Source: Tetramitus jugosus
Taxonomy: Eukaryota > Protista > Heterolobosea
NCBI GenBank assembly: GCA_937625935.1
Contig: OW569374.1
Coordinates: 248,001-312,000 of the forward strand
Direction: 5' to 3'
DNA: 64,000 nucleotides
How positions within the stretch are numbered: the first letter of the stretch is position 1; the number at the start of each line of letters is the position of its first letter. A program made the translations under genes and the position numbers. This document shows positions 1 to 9,259 of the stretch, piece after piece. The notes beneath the pieces were generated by a model, which did not search any database, was not told where the DNA came from, and saw nothing but the letters and a program-made list of their open reading frames with translations.

Positions 1-1056
1 CCAGCCCCACCAGTCGCCAAATTCAACGCACCACCACCAACCAAGGACAGAAACAATCTGTTGACTGATATCAGAAAGGGTACTGGATTGAAAAAAGTAC
101 CAGCGAGTGAATTGAAGAGACCAGCCGAAGTCAAGGATCAATTCAAATCATCATCATCAGGTGGTGGTGGTGGCGGTGGTGGTGTCAGTAGCGGCGGTGG
201 TGCCAATCGATCAGGTGGCGCCCCAGCAGCATTCGTCTCCACTGGAAATCCAATGATGGATGAAATTATGAAGAAGAGAGCCAATATGGCCAATAAGAGC
301 GCTTCATCAACTACTACCAGCACTCCTGCTCCTTCATCAGTTGCTCCACCATCACGTGGCGCTGCTCCACCTGCTGTTCAATCAAGACCAGCACCTACTC
401 TACCATCATTCAAACCACAACAGACATCCTTTTCATCTGCTACTACTACTTCTAATACAAGTGCACCTGCACCTGTTGCTCGTACATTCCCACCCTCTGC
501 AGCACCACCATCATCAAATGCTGCTACTGCTACTGCTGCTACATCAACACCAGTCAAGAGAGCACCACCTCCAGTGATGCCACGAAAGGAAGCACCAGCA
601 CTGCCCAGCAGACGTGAAGTGCCACCACCTACTGCCAGTACTACTACAAGTGCACCACCTACTGCCAGAGCACCACCACCCTCTCTACCACAAAAGAGAG
701 CACCACCTACTCCACCGAATCGTCAAGCCACATCAACACCGCCACCATCAATGCAACCAACACCACCTACCAGACAACCACCATCTGTGCCAACGAGGCA
801 AGCAGCACCAGCCATCCCTACACGGCAACCACCTTCTGTACCATCACCTGTTGTTCAACAACCACAGCAACCACAGCAACCTGTTGTACCAATGAGAAAA
901 CAACCACCACCCATGGCTCCACAACAACAACAAGAAGAGTCATCTAATGGTGGATCTGATGGTCGATTCCAATTCAAGACTGATCTGCCACCTCCACCAC
1001 CATTCAGAAACGTACCAAAGCAGTACAAGAGTGGTAGAACAACTGGTCTTCAATAA
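1..1056 (+). CDS. WH2-domain proline-rich actin regulator, WIP/verprolin-like (5' end outside window)
   Basis: Frame open from base 1. WH2-like DRNNLLTDIRKGTGLKKV, long Pro-rich body, and C-terminal GRFQFKTDLPPPPPF..KQYKSG resembling the WIP WASP-binding motif. Confidence 0.75.
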   Translation, partial: PAPPVAKFNAPPPTKDRNNLLTDIRKGTGLKKVPASELKRPAEVKDQFKSSSSGGGGGGGGVSSGGGANRSGGAPAAFVSTGNPMMDEIMKKRANMANKSASSTTTSTPAPSSVAPPSRGAAPPAVQSRPAPTLPSFKPQQTSFSSATTTSNTSAPAPVARTFPPSAAPPSSNAATATAATSTPVKRAPPPVMPRKEAPALPSRREVPPPTASTTTSAPPTARAPPPSLPQKRAPPTPPNRQATSTPPPSMQPTPPTRQPPSVPTRQAAPAIPTRQPPSVPSPVVQQPQQPQQPVVPMRKQPPPMAPQQQQEESSNGGSDGRFQFKTDLPPPPPFRNVPKQYKSGRTTGLQ

Positions 1057-1525
1057 TCTGCGAATCATCCACAGGCATATGGTGCATGCACACAAACAAA
1101 TACAAATCGATTCAACTGCTACCTCTACATACTTTTTTATACACCATCCAAATATCGACAATAAAGTCAAAACTCTCATTCTGCCATACTCTGCCAATCG
1201 GATGTGAATCACAAGCAACAATTCAACGTGTGGTCGCAATCAATACAACAACAACAATCAGATTCACAAAAAAGGACTACCGTATATGTGTTTATTCTTC
1301 TCTCTGGTGTCTCTTTGTAACGCATCATCCAGAATAGAAATCTTATGTACAACAATGTGGGATTCTATTCTTCGTGATTGGACAATGATCCAGAGGTTAC
1401 CAGGTGAACAGAGAGCTATCTCTCTCTGTCAGTCTGTCTGTCAGTCTTTCAGTCAAATACAGTACATGATGACAGACACAATATGTCATGCATGACTGAA
1501 CCAATGCATGTGTTGGCCTGATCGA

Positions 1526-2203
1526 TTAACAGAAAAAGTTCCATCGACTATTCCTGTTGACATTAGGTGGATTGATTGGGTGATCCATGGGTGTCTCATT
1601 CGGTTGATGAGAAATGTAGTTGAGAGATTCAGCAACAGCCTGAGCAATCCTTGTGAAGGCCTCGTGAACACCATGTCCCTCCTTTGCCGATGTCTCAATA
1701 AACGGAATACCCAACTCATCTGCCAACTGCTTGCCTCGTGCCGTATCCACTTGAGTCTTACTCTTGAGATCACTCTTGTTGGCCACGAGAATGAGTTGAA
1801 CATTGGGAGAGGCATGCATCTGAATCTCTTGCATCCACGTGTGAACATTGTTGAATGATTCCTCACTTGTCTTATCATACACAACCAACAGTCCATGTGC
1901 ACCTCTGTAGTAACCAGCTGTAATGGCACGGAATCTCTCTTGACCAGCAGTGTCCCACAGTTGCATCTTGGCTCTCATGTCATATTGACGGCCGTTTCTA
2001 TGCACGGTAATGTCTTGAGTGGCAATTCTGAAATCGACGCCAATGGTGGCCTGATGGGCCGTAGTGAACTCATTGTCCGCATACTTCATCAACAGGCATG
2101 ATTTGCCGACTGAACTGTCTCCGACGAGGATGATTTTGGCCAACAAGTCATATTCCCATGGGTTACGACTGTCGTGATGGTTATTGTTGTGATATGTTGT
2201 CAT
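1526..2203 (-). CDS. Rab GTPase, Rab1-related
   Basis: GDSSVGKS, ATIGVDF, WDTAGQERFRAIT.GYYRGAHG, NKSD and ETSAK motifs plus a C-terminal Cys. ATG at 2203 preferred over the long ORF-track extension. Confidence 0.92.
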   Translation of the reverse strand: MTTYHNNNHHDSRNPWEYDLLAKIILVGDSSVGKSCLLMKYADNEFTTAHQATIGVDFRIATQDITVHRNGRQYDMRAKMQLWDTAGQERFRAITAGYYRGAHGLLVVYDKTSEESFNNVHTWMQEIQMHASPNVQLILVANKSDLKSKTQVDTARGKQLADELGIPFIETSAKEGHGVHEAFTRIAQAVAESLNYISHQPNETPMDHPINPPNVNRNSRWNFFC

Positions 2204-2700
2204 GACGATGATGTTGTTGTTGTCTGTTGTTGTCTGTGTGGTTTCATTTCTGAAGAAAGGGAGACTCTCGGTCGAAAAATATGTTCGTGGGTCATAAAAA
2301 ACTCTGAGCCCGAGAACGAACATTGGACGAACTCGAAAACTATCCGTTTGGAAGCCTTTCCAACAGACAACTTTTTTTCGGCCCAGATCTCCACAGCACC
2401 CAGAATAACACATCACACCTCGCTTGGGATGGAATACAATTATTCTGATCTTTGTATTCAATACAGTGTTTCTGATCCTCTTCCTGGTTCCGATTCCGAT
2501 TGCTCGATTCTGATTGAATGAGAATGACGTCATCCAACTTTTCTCCGTACCGATATTTTTTTTTCTTTCATTGAAATGATCGCGATATTCCCTCAACAGT
2601 CATCCCCTGTTGTGTTGGCCCACAGCATTCACACACGCACACACAAGCAACAACAACAGCATAAAAAAACAAACAAGCTTGATCATTCACATTTAGAAAC

Positions 2701-3867
2701 ATGTTGTCAACATCATCATCAACAAGAAACATTGCCAAGAGACTCTTGTTCAATCATCATCATCGATCATTCAGCACCACCACCACCACCACCACTCATT
2801 CCTCTCCTCATGTAAAAACACTTGAAAATGAAAGAGTGTTGATTATTGGATGCTTGGGACAGATTGGTACTGAACTCAGTGAAAAACTCAATACACTGAT
2901 TGGTGCAGAGAATGTTGTATTGAGTGACGTATCGACTCCACCGAGTCACTTTTTTAAACAAACCAATGACAACAACAGGAATCCATTCTATTATCTCAAT
3001 GTAGTCAATGACAAGAAGAAATTGAATCGAATTGTAGAGCAGCACAAGATTACAACCATTATTCACAATGCAGCCTTCTTGTCTGCCACTGCTGAGAAGA
3101 ATGTGGAAGATGCAAGTGAATTGAACACGATTGGTCTCCACAATGTCTTGTCTGTTGCTGCTGATCACTCTTCCACGAATCACACGACTATGAATCACAC
3201 GAATCAACAACAACAACAACAACAAATGAAAGTATTTGTGCCTAGTTCAATTGCAGCATTTGGACCAACGACTCCACTCGAATTCGTTCCCGATGTCACC
3301 ATTCAGAGACCTACGACAGTGTATGGCATTGGAAAAGTGTATGCAGAGTTGATGGGAGAGTACTATGCTCTGAAGAAGCATGTTGATTTCAGATCGTTGA
3401 GATACCCTGGTATCATCTCATGGAAATCACCACCAGGTGGTGGCACAACCGACTATGCTGTCTGGATGTTTTACTATGCGTTGAGAAATGAACCGTACGA
3501 GTGTTATTTGAAACCGGATCAACCATTGCCAATGATGTACATGCCTGATTGTATCAAGGCCACTGTTGACTTTTTGTTCCATGTGGACTCTCAATTGCTG
3601 GATCAAAAGAGTCAGAGAACATACAATGTCACCAGTTTCTCATTCACTCCGAAACAATTGGAACAAGCCATCAAAAAGTACATTCCAGGGTTCACTGTGA
3701 CATACAAGCCTGATTTTAGACAGGGTATTGCAGAGAGTTGGCCACGTGTGTTTGATGACAGTCATGCGCGCAGCGATTGGAATTGGACTGTCGAGTACGA
3801 TTTGGACTACATGGTCAGAGACATGATTGAGAACTTGAGACCCATTATTGAGAAGCAAAATAAGTAA
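2701..3867 (+). CDS. TDH: L-threonine 3-dehydrogenase (mitochondrial SDR type)
   Basis: GCLGQIG, FVPSSIAAFGP, PTTVYGIGK, LRYPGIIS..PGGGTTDYAV and RQGIAESWP motifs; presequence-like N-terminus. Confidence 0.92.
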   Translation: MLSTSSSTRNIAKRLLFNHHHRSFSTTTTTTTHSSPHVKTLENERVLIIGCLGQIGTELSEKLNTLIGAENVVLSDVSTPPSHFFKQTNDNNRNPFYYLNVVNDKKKLNRIVEQHKITTIIHNAAFLSATAEKNVEDASELNTIGLHNVLSVAADHSSTNHTTMNHTNQQQQQQQMKVFVPSSIAAFGPTTPLEFVPDVTIQRPTTVYGIGKVYAELMGEYYALKKHVDFRSLRYPGIISWKSPPGGGTTDYAVWMFYYALRNEPYECYLKPDQPLPMMYMPDCIKATVDFLFHVDSQLLDQKSQRTYNVTSFSFTPKQLEQAIKKYIPGFTVTYKPDFRQGIAESWPRVFDDSHARSDWNWTVEYDLDYMVRDMIENLRPIIEKQNK

Positions 3868-3991
3868 AGAATGTCACACATGTGAGAGTTGTTGTTGTTG
3901 TCGTCAAATTCAAATTGTTTGTCCTGAGACAGCGAATCTTCTTTGAATTCACTCTTTTATTATTCAATAATAATTCTTGTGTGTGTACATC

Positions 3992-5611
3992 CTAGTAACT
4001 TGGGAATGAATCATCGACTGATCTCTTCCATTCAGTGACACCACCATTAATGTTCTTCACATTCTGGAATCCATTGTCCAACAAGAGTTGAGTGGCCTTG
4101 ACGGATGCGATACCTCTTCGGCACATGACATAGATGGGAGTGCTGACGTTGTGATTATCATTATTGCTGCTGCTGCTGCTGGAAATCAATTGTCTGATGC
4201 GATCCAATTGATTGGGCAATTGTTTGAGTGGAATGTTGATGGCATTGTCCAATGATGCAATATCATATTGAACAGACTCACGCACATCAATCAACACATG
4301 ATCAACTTTTGATTGTTGTTCTTGTTGCTGATGATTGGACAATAGCTTTGAATAGTCGACACATGAGATTCTATTCTCATCTGACAATGGAATGGTTGTA
4401 GTAGTGGTTGCAGTAGTGGTTGCTGCTGCTGCTTCTGTACTGCACTTTAATAAATCATCATAGCTAAACAGTTCAGTAATGGTAGGTGAGTCACCACACA
4501 CTGCACAATCCACTCTTCTGTTTCTGAGTCTCACATTCTTAAACGTACAATTCTTTGCATTGAACAGTAGCATTCGATTGTGCAATATTCCATTCTTTAA
4601 TTCATCACTCTCCATGGTACTACTATTACTACTATTACTATTACTACTACTACTACTACTACTACTATTACTATTGTTATTGCTATTGTTGTTATTCTCT
4701 TCATTTGATGCTTCTTTTGCAAATAAAATCTTTTGAACTTCCAATGCTTGCAACACACCAATGACACCTGGTACGACACCCATGACACCACCATCTGCAC
4801 AATTGGTCACTGTCTCTGCAGGTGGAGGAACAGGGAACAAGCATCTATAGCATGGACAATTATTATTATTTTGATTACTATTACTATTATTATTACTATT
4901 ATTATTACTATTGTAGTGATAGACTGTTAATTGACCTTCGAATCGTACAGCTGATCCACTGACCAATGGCTTATTCAACAACACACATGCATCATTGACC
5001 AAATAACGAGTGCTTACATTGTCACTTGCATCTACAATGACATCGTACTGTTGAATGAGAGAGCGGGCATTGTGTACATTGAATGCCTCATCATATGCAT
5101 CAAAATGCAATTGTTGATTGAGGTTGCGACATGTGATGGCTGCTGATTGAACCTTGCTCATGTTTTGTCTGTGTTCATTGTGAATCACTTGTCTGTGGAG
5201 GTTACTGGTATCGACTCTATCGAAATCAACCATGCCCAATCTACCAATTCCAGATGCTGCAAGGTACATGGCACATGGTGCTCCCAATCCACCTGCACCT
5301 ACAATGAGACAACTGCCCTTGCACAGATTGTATTGACCCTTGACACCAATCTGTGGCAAGAGTAGATGACGAGAGAATCTGGCAATTTGATCATTGTTTA
5401 GTAATCTCTTTTGTTTATGTCTTTTTGTATTGTGTAGACTAGTCTTTTCTTGTGGAGTGTTGTTGTTGTTGATGGTGGTGGTAGTGGACGTGTTGTTATT
5501 GGAGGTGGTGGTGGTGGCGCCGTTGGTGGACAACTTGGTCTCCAACTGTTCAATGTAGCGTCTCATTTCGGCATTCTCAGCCATCAGTGACTCGTAGGAC
5601 TGTTGATTCAT
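3992..5611 (-). CDS. MOCS3: Adenylyltransferase/sulfurtransferase MOCS3/UBA4 (ThiF + rhodanese)
   Basis: RFSRHLLLP, GAGGLG, SNLHRQ, CYRC, NCADGGV and CAVC motifs; rhodanese CRRG; poly-N/S inserts. Confidence 0.95.
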   Translation of the reverse strand: MNQQSYESLMAENAEMRRYIEQLETKLSTNGATTTTSNNNTSTTTTINNNNTPQEKTSLHNTKRHKQKRLLNNDQIARFSRHLLLPQIGVKGQYNLCKGSCLIVGAGGLGAPCAMYLAASGIGRLGMVDFDRVDTSNLHRQVIHNEHRQNMSKVQSAAITCRNLNQQLHFDAYDEAFNVHNARSLIQQYDVIVDASDNVSTRYLVNDACVLLNKPLVSGSAVRFEGQLTVYHYNSNNNSNNNSNSNQNNNNCPCYRCLFPVPPPAETVTNCADGGVMGVVPGVIGVLQALEVQKILFAKEASNEENNNNSNNNSNSSSSSSSSNSNSSNSSTMESDELKNGILHNRMLLFNAKNCTFKNVRLRNRRVDCAVCGDSPTITELFSYDDLLKCSTEAAAATTTATTTTTIPLSDENRISCVDYSKLLSNHQQQEQQSKVDHVLIDVRESVQYDIASLDNAINIPLKQLPNQLDRIRQLISSSSSSNNDNHNVSTPIYVMCRRGIASVKATQLLLDNGFQNVKNINGGVTEWKRSVDDSFPSY

Positions 5612-5777
5612 TTTTGTGCGCACAATTGATGTTGTTGCTCGGTTTGTTCTTCCACTAGTTTTTTTTGAGGTGCAATTTCAAGTTTTCGTTGCGCGCAAAC
5701 GAGTGAAAAATGCAAAAGATCAAAAGCAAGAATACAAAAAACAAAAGTCCTTTAGAACAAAGATTTTATTGAGAAAT

Positions 5778-6263
5778 TTAGAGTTCAAACTTCTTCTTTC
5801 CTCCACGTGGAACAACTCTCAAGACGTTGAATCTGACAGTCTTGGTCAATGGTCTGCATTCACCAATAACAACTTCATCACCTTCCTTGACTTCAAAAGC
5901 AGGGGAAATGTGTGCTGCCAAATTTCTGTGCTTCTTCTCGTATCTTTGATACTTTGGAACCCACTTCAAGTAGTCTCTTCTGACAATGATGGTTCTTCTC
6001 ATCTTGGTAGACTTGACCAAACCCTTCATGATTCTTCCTCTAATGTTAACTTCACCAGTGAATGGGCACTTGTTGTCAACAAAGTTACCGTCAATAGCGG
6101 TTTGAGGAGTCTTGAAGCCAAGACCAACTTGTTTGTAGTATCTGATCTTTCTTCTGTCTGACTCGCTGATGCTCTTTGTGTTAGCCTTCAACAAAGCTCT
6201 CTTGTTGCCCAAGAAGATTCTGTGTTGTCTTGGGAAGGATTTGTCGTGGGAAATTTCAGACAT
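5778..6263 (-). CDS. RPS11: 40S ribosomal protein S11 (uS17)
   Basis: [32 protein letters not shown] and [15 protein letters not shown] motifs. Confidence 0.97.
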   Translation of the reverse strand: MSEISHDKSFPRQHRIFLGNKRALLKANTKSISESDRRKIRYYKQVGLGFKTPQTAIDGNFVDNKCPFTGEVNIRGRIMKGLVKSTKMRRTIIVRRDYLKWVPKYQRYEKKHRNLAAHISPAFEVKEGDEVVIGECRPLTKTVRFNVLRVVPRGGKKKFEL

Positions 6264-6639
6264 GATGGATACGTATAATCTGTGTTTTGACGTGTAGATA
6301 TGTTTGTTTTTTCAAAATTTGAATTCTTGTACACTGTTGACCAAGAAAATTTGGTTGACTACATTGAATTCAATGAACCTTCAAGAAAAAATGACGAGCA
6401 AAATGTTTTTTTCGGCAATGTTGTTCTGTTGAGAAAATGAAACGAGAGCACAAGGGGCTTACTTCTGGGTGAAAAATTGGCCATCTTGAGTGCGATTGTT
6501 CTTGCTGCACTTGCGACACAACACCTTCACACTTCGCACATGTGAATTTTCAACCTTTGTACATGCGTTCGTTTTTTCGCGCCTTTTCTTTTTGTCCGTC
6601 ATATACAATAAACTCTCTTCTCTCGCATCATAAACTACA

Positions 6640-7371
6640 ATGATGCAAGGCAATGAATCAAAGACAGTTTCATCAGCTTCTCACAGTAGCGACAGCTCTT
6701 CATCGATGAATGATGCTTCCCACAGCTCTGCGACGTCTTCTCCATACATTCATGAGATTAGAGACCCCAACGACTCATCCATAATCTTATGCTATATCTC
6801 AAGGAGTTATGATCATCATCAATATTACACTGATGTTCATCAACGACAAGAACAACAACCAAACAGCGAAGAACATGAGCAATCAAGAAGAAAACTATCA
6901 AAGCCAAACAATACAACATTTGTAACAAGCGATGAATCAGTGAATCCACAAATTGGTTTCATTGTCTATCCAAAGGATCATCACATCAAGAGACACTACC
7001 ATAGCACACATGTGCAAAGAGTGGTGAGAGGAACACCAGAGACTCTGATTATTCGACAGGGATCGGTCACTGTTCACATTTACTCCATTCTTAACAACAG
7101 TCATCAGCCTACTTCTGGCATTGGTCATCAGAGAAATGATGGTACTGCCTCTACAGTTTCCTCGACTACTGTTGACATTAGTACGAACAAAACTGAACAA
7201 GAACAAGAACAACTGCAATTCCAACATGTGACAAGCGAAACACTGAGGAGTAATGATGTATGTATTCTGATGTCAGGTGGTCATGGATTTACAATTGAGA
7301 GCGATGATACAGTCATGTTGGAGATTAAGCAAGGCCCCTACGCAGGCGTCAATGATAAAGTGTTCTTTTGA
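6640..7371 (+). CDS. Bacterial-type cupin protein (WbuC-like C-terminal motif)
   Basis: HYH...E.LIIRQG and GGHGF...MLEIKQGPY.G..DK motifs, with low-complexity inserts. Confidence 0.7.
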   Translation: MMQGNESKTVSSASHSSDSSSSMNDASHSSATSSPYIHEIRDPNDSSIILCYISRSYDHHQYYTDVHQRQEQQPNSEEHEQSRRKLSKPNNTTFVTSDESVNPQIGFIVYPKDHHIKRHYHSTHVQRVVRGTPETLIIRQGSVTVHIYSILNNSHQPTSGIGHQRNDGTASTVSSTTVDISTNKTEQEQEQLQFQHVTSETLRSNDVCILMSGGHGFTIESDDTVMLEIKQGPYAGVNDKVFF

Positions 7372-7964
7372 ACTTACTTCAAGCATGGTCACAGACAGTC
7401 CATTCATATTCTTTTAGATTTCTCTTGGACAGTTTTATGTATTGACTTTTCTCTTTGAGTGAGAGATAACTTGGCAAGCAGTATCCGAACTTTCCACAAT
7501 AGGACCTGCGACTCTCACTTGCCCACTGACGTTTGATTAATAAATTCATTCTTAAGTCTAATATCATTCTGATTAGTGTTTCCGGAGAGTGTAAATTCAG
7601 CTGGGATGGGTTTCAATCTGAACAAAACTTCAGTGCCAAAATGCCTTTTATGGCAGAGGGAATCAACCGATTGGTTACGATGAACTATCGGACCTATTTA
7701 AAAGTCAATCCAAATTCGATCGCTCTGAGCGAATTGAACAAAGATTATTCTGTTTTGTTCCTCATCATACGGTCATGAGAGAAATCACAAACAACTAGTT
7801 GATCAACAATTATGTCACATGACCTCTCAATACTAAATACACTCTTGTGGTGGATTGTAGGGACACGCACCAACAGCCCAACAAAAGCAGGAGCTAATAG
7901 AAGTATCCATCTTTCTCAAGGAGACGAAACAGCAGCAAGTCTCAGAAGAAAGCTCAAAACTGAC

Positions 7965-8945
7965 ATGATCTCTACTCCTCTGTTTCTGGCCATTTATTCC
8001 ATCGGATTGTTGGTTACACTTGCTGTCTTGGTTCCCATCATCAAAAGAAGAAAGTGGAACAGACTGCCCATTTTCATCCTGTGTATCATTTTCAACATTT
8101 TGTGCATTGTTTCATCAGCTGTTCGTCTCGCTCGAGTGTATCAGAAATTTGATTACAGCGATCCGAAACAGGTGAAGAAGTTTGTGGCGTTACAAGAAAC
8201 CTTTGTGGCCATCCGTAGCATTTCCTACATTTTTCCTGTTGTTCTCATTTTGACTCTCTGCATTCTGTTTATCAAAGTTTTGGTTTCTATTGGATTGATT
8301 GGTCCAAAGATTTCCTACTTATTGTATTGCATTGGTTCGGCCTTGATCCTTGTGACTGTAATGACAAATGTGGCATTTATATTCTTTGTGTTGTTCGCTA
8401 AGAAGATGTCAGACGTTGCATCTTACCTCTACTTCTCACTCATGAGTTTGTACATTTTCTTGGCTGGTTTATTCTTTGGGATCCTGGCTCTGAGAGTAGG
8501 TGTCCACGCGTTGCGCTTGGCATGTTCGAAGAAGGCACCAAGAAAGATTATCCTTCTCTTCGTCTGTGTTTTTGTTCTACTGGTGCTCAGAATTCCAGCC
8601 TACTTTGTGGCTATGACAGGCGTATTATCAAGAGCTCACATTAACTTTATCATCTCCCACATTTCTGAATGTCTGATTGCATTTGTCGTTTGTATCATGT
8701 TTCATGAAAGGATCGGAGGGAGCTTCAAATCAAAGAAACCTAAAACTGTGCAACTACAGAATTCAGACAAGAAGACTGAACCAATCGAAAAGGGAGAGGT
8801 AGACCTTGAGAGTGGTAAGATTGTTGAGAAAGAAGAAGAAGGAGAACGAGAGCAAGAACCAAAGACAATAGAGGAGCCACAGATGGAACCAGTGTTGGCC
8901 ATAGTGAGTGTCGAAACGGAGAATGAGTATTCAGAGACAAAGTAA
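7965..8945 (+). CDS. Multi-pass (~7 TM) membrane protein, function unknown
   Basis: About seven hydrophobic segments and a charged C-terminal tail. ATG at 7965 likely; upstream ATG at 7812 possible. Confidence 0.7.
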   Translation: MISTPLFLAIYSIGLLVTLAVLVPIIKRRKWNRLPIFILCIIFNILCIVSSAVRLARVYQKFDYSDPKQVKKFVALQETFVAIRSISYIFPVVLILTLCILFIKVLVSIGLIGPKISYLLYCIGSALILVTVMTNVAFIFFVLFAKKMSDVASYLYFSLMSLYIFLAGLFFGILALRVGVHALRLACSKKAPRKIILLFVCVFVLLVLRIPAYFVAMTGVLSRAHINFIISHISECLIAFVVCIMFHERIGGSFKSKKPKTVQLQNSDKKTEPIEKGEVDLESGKIVEKEEEGEREQEPKTIEEPQMEPVLAIVSVETENEYSETK

Positions 8946-9259
8946 CAAAGAGGTGAGGTGAATGTGGGAGAAGTTATCTCTCCTCTCAACGAAGGACTTG
9001 ACAAAAAGCAATACAACCGAGATGCACATGAACTATCATGATCAAATTGTAATCCACATCGTCTCGGGCAATATTACGCAACATGAGAATTCCAGTTGCT
9101 TATGTAGCGTCATGTGATGATCAGGTGAGAGATTTGATGATTTGAATTCGATAATAAATGTTATTCAGAGCGGTTAAAGACGTTGAACAACAATTTGACT
9201 TCCTTTTTTTCACTGTTAAAACAAAAAGAAACACAAAAACTGTGTTATTATCATATCGC

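Noticed and set aside
2204-2596. Long N-terminal extension on the Rab ORF
   Set aside because: It has a non-ATG start and crosses the divergent promoter region shared with TDH.
4600-4920. TAC/TAT/TGT trinucleotide runs as a repeat element
   Set aside because: They are in-frame poly-N/S tracts within MOCS3, and similar tracts occur in many genes in this window.
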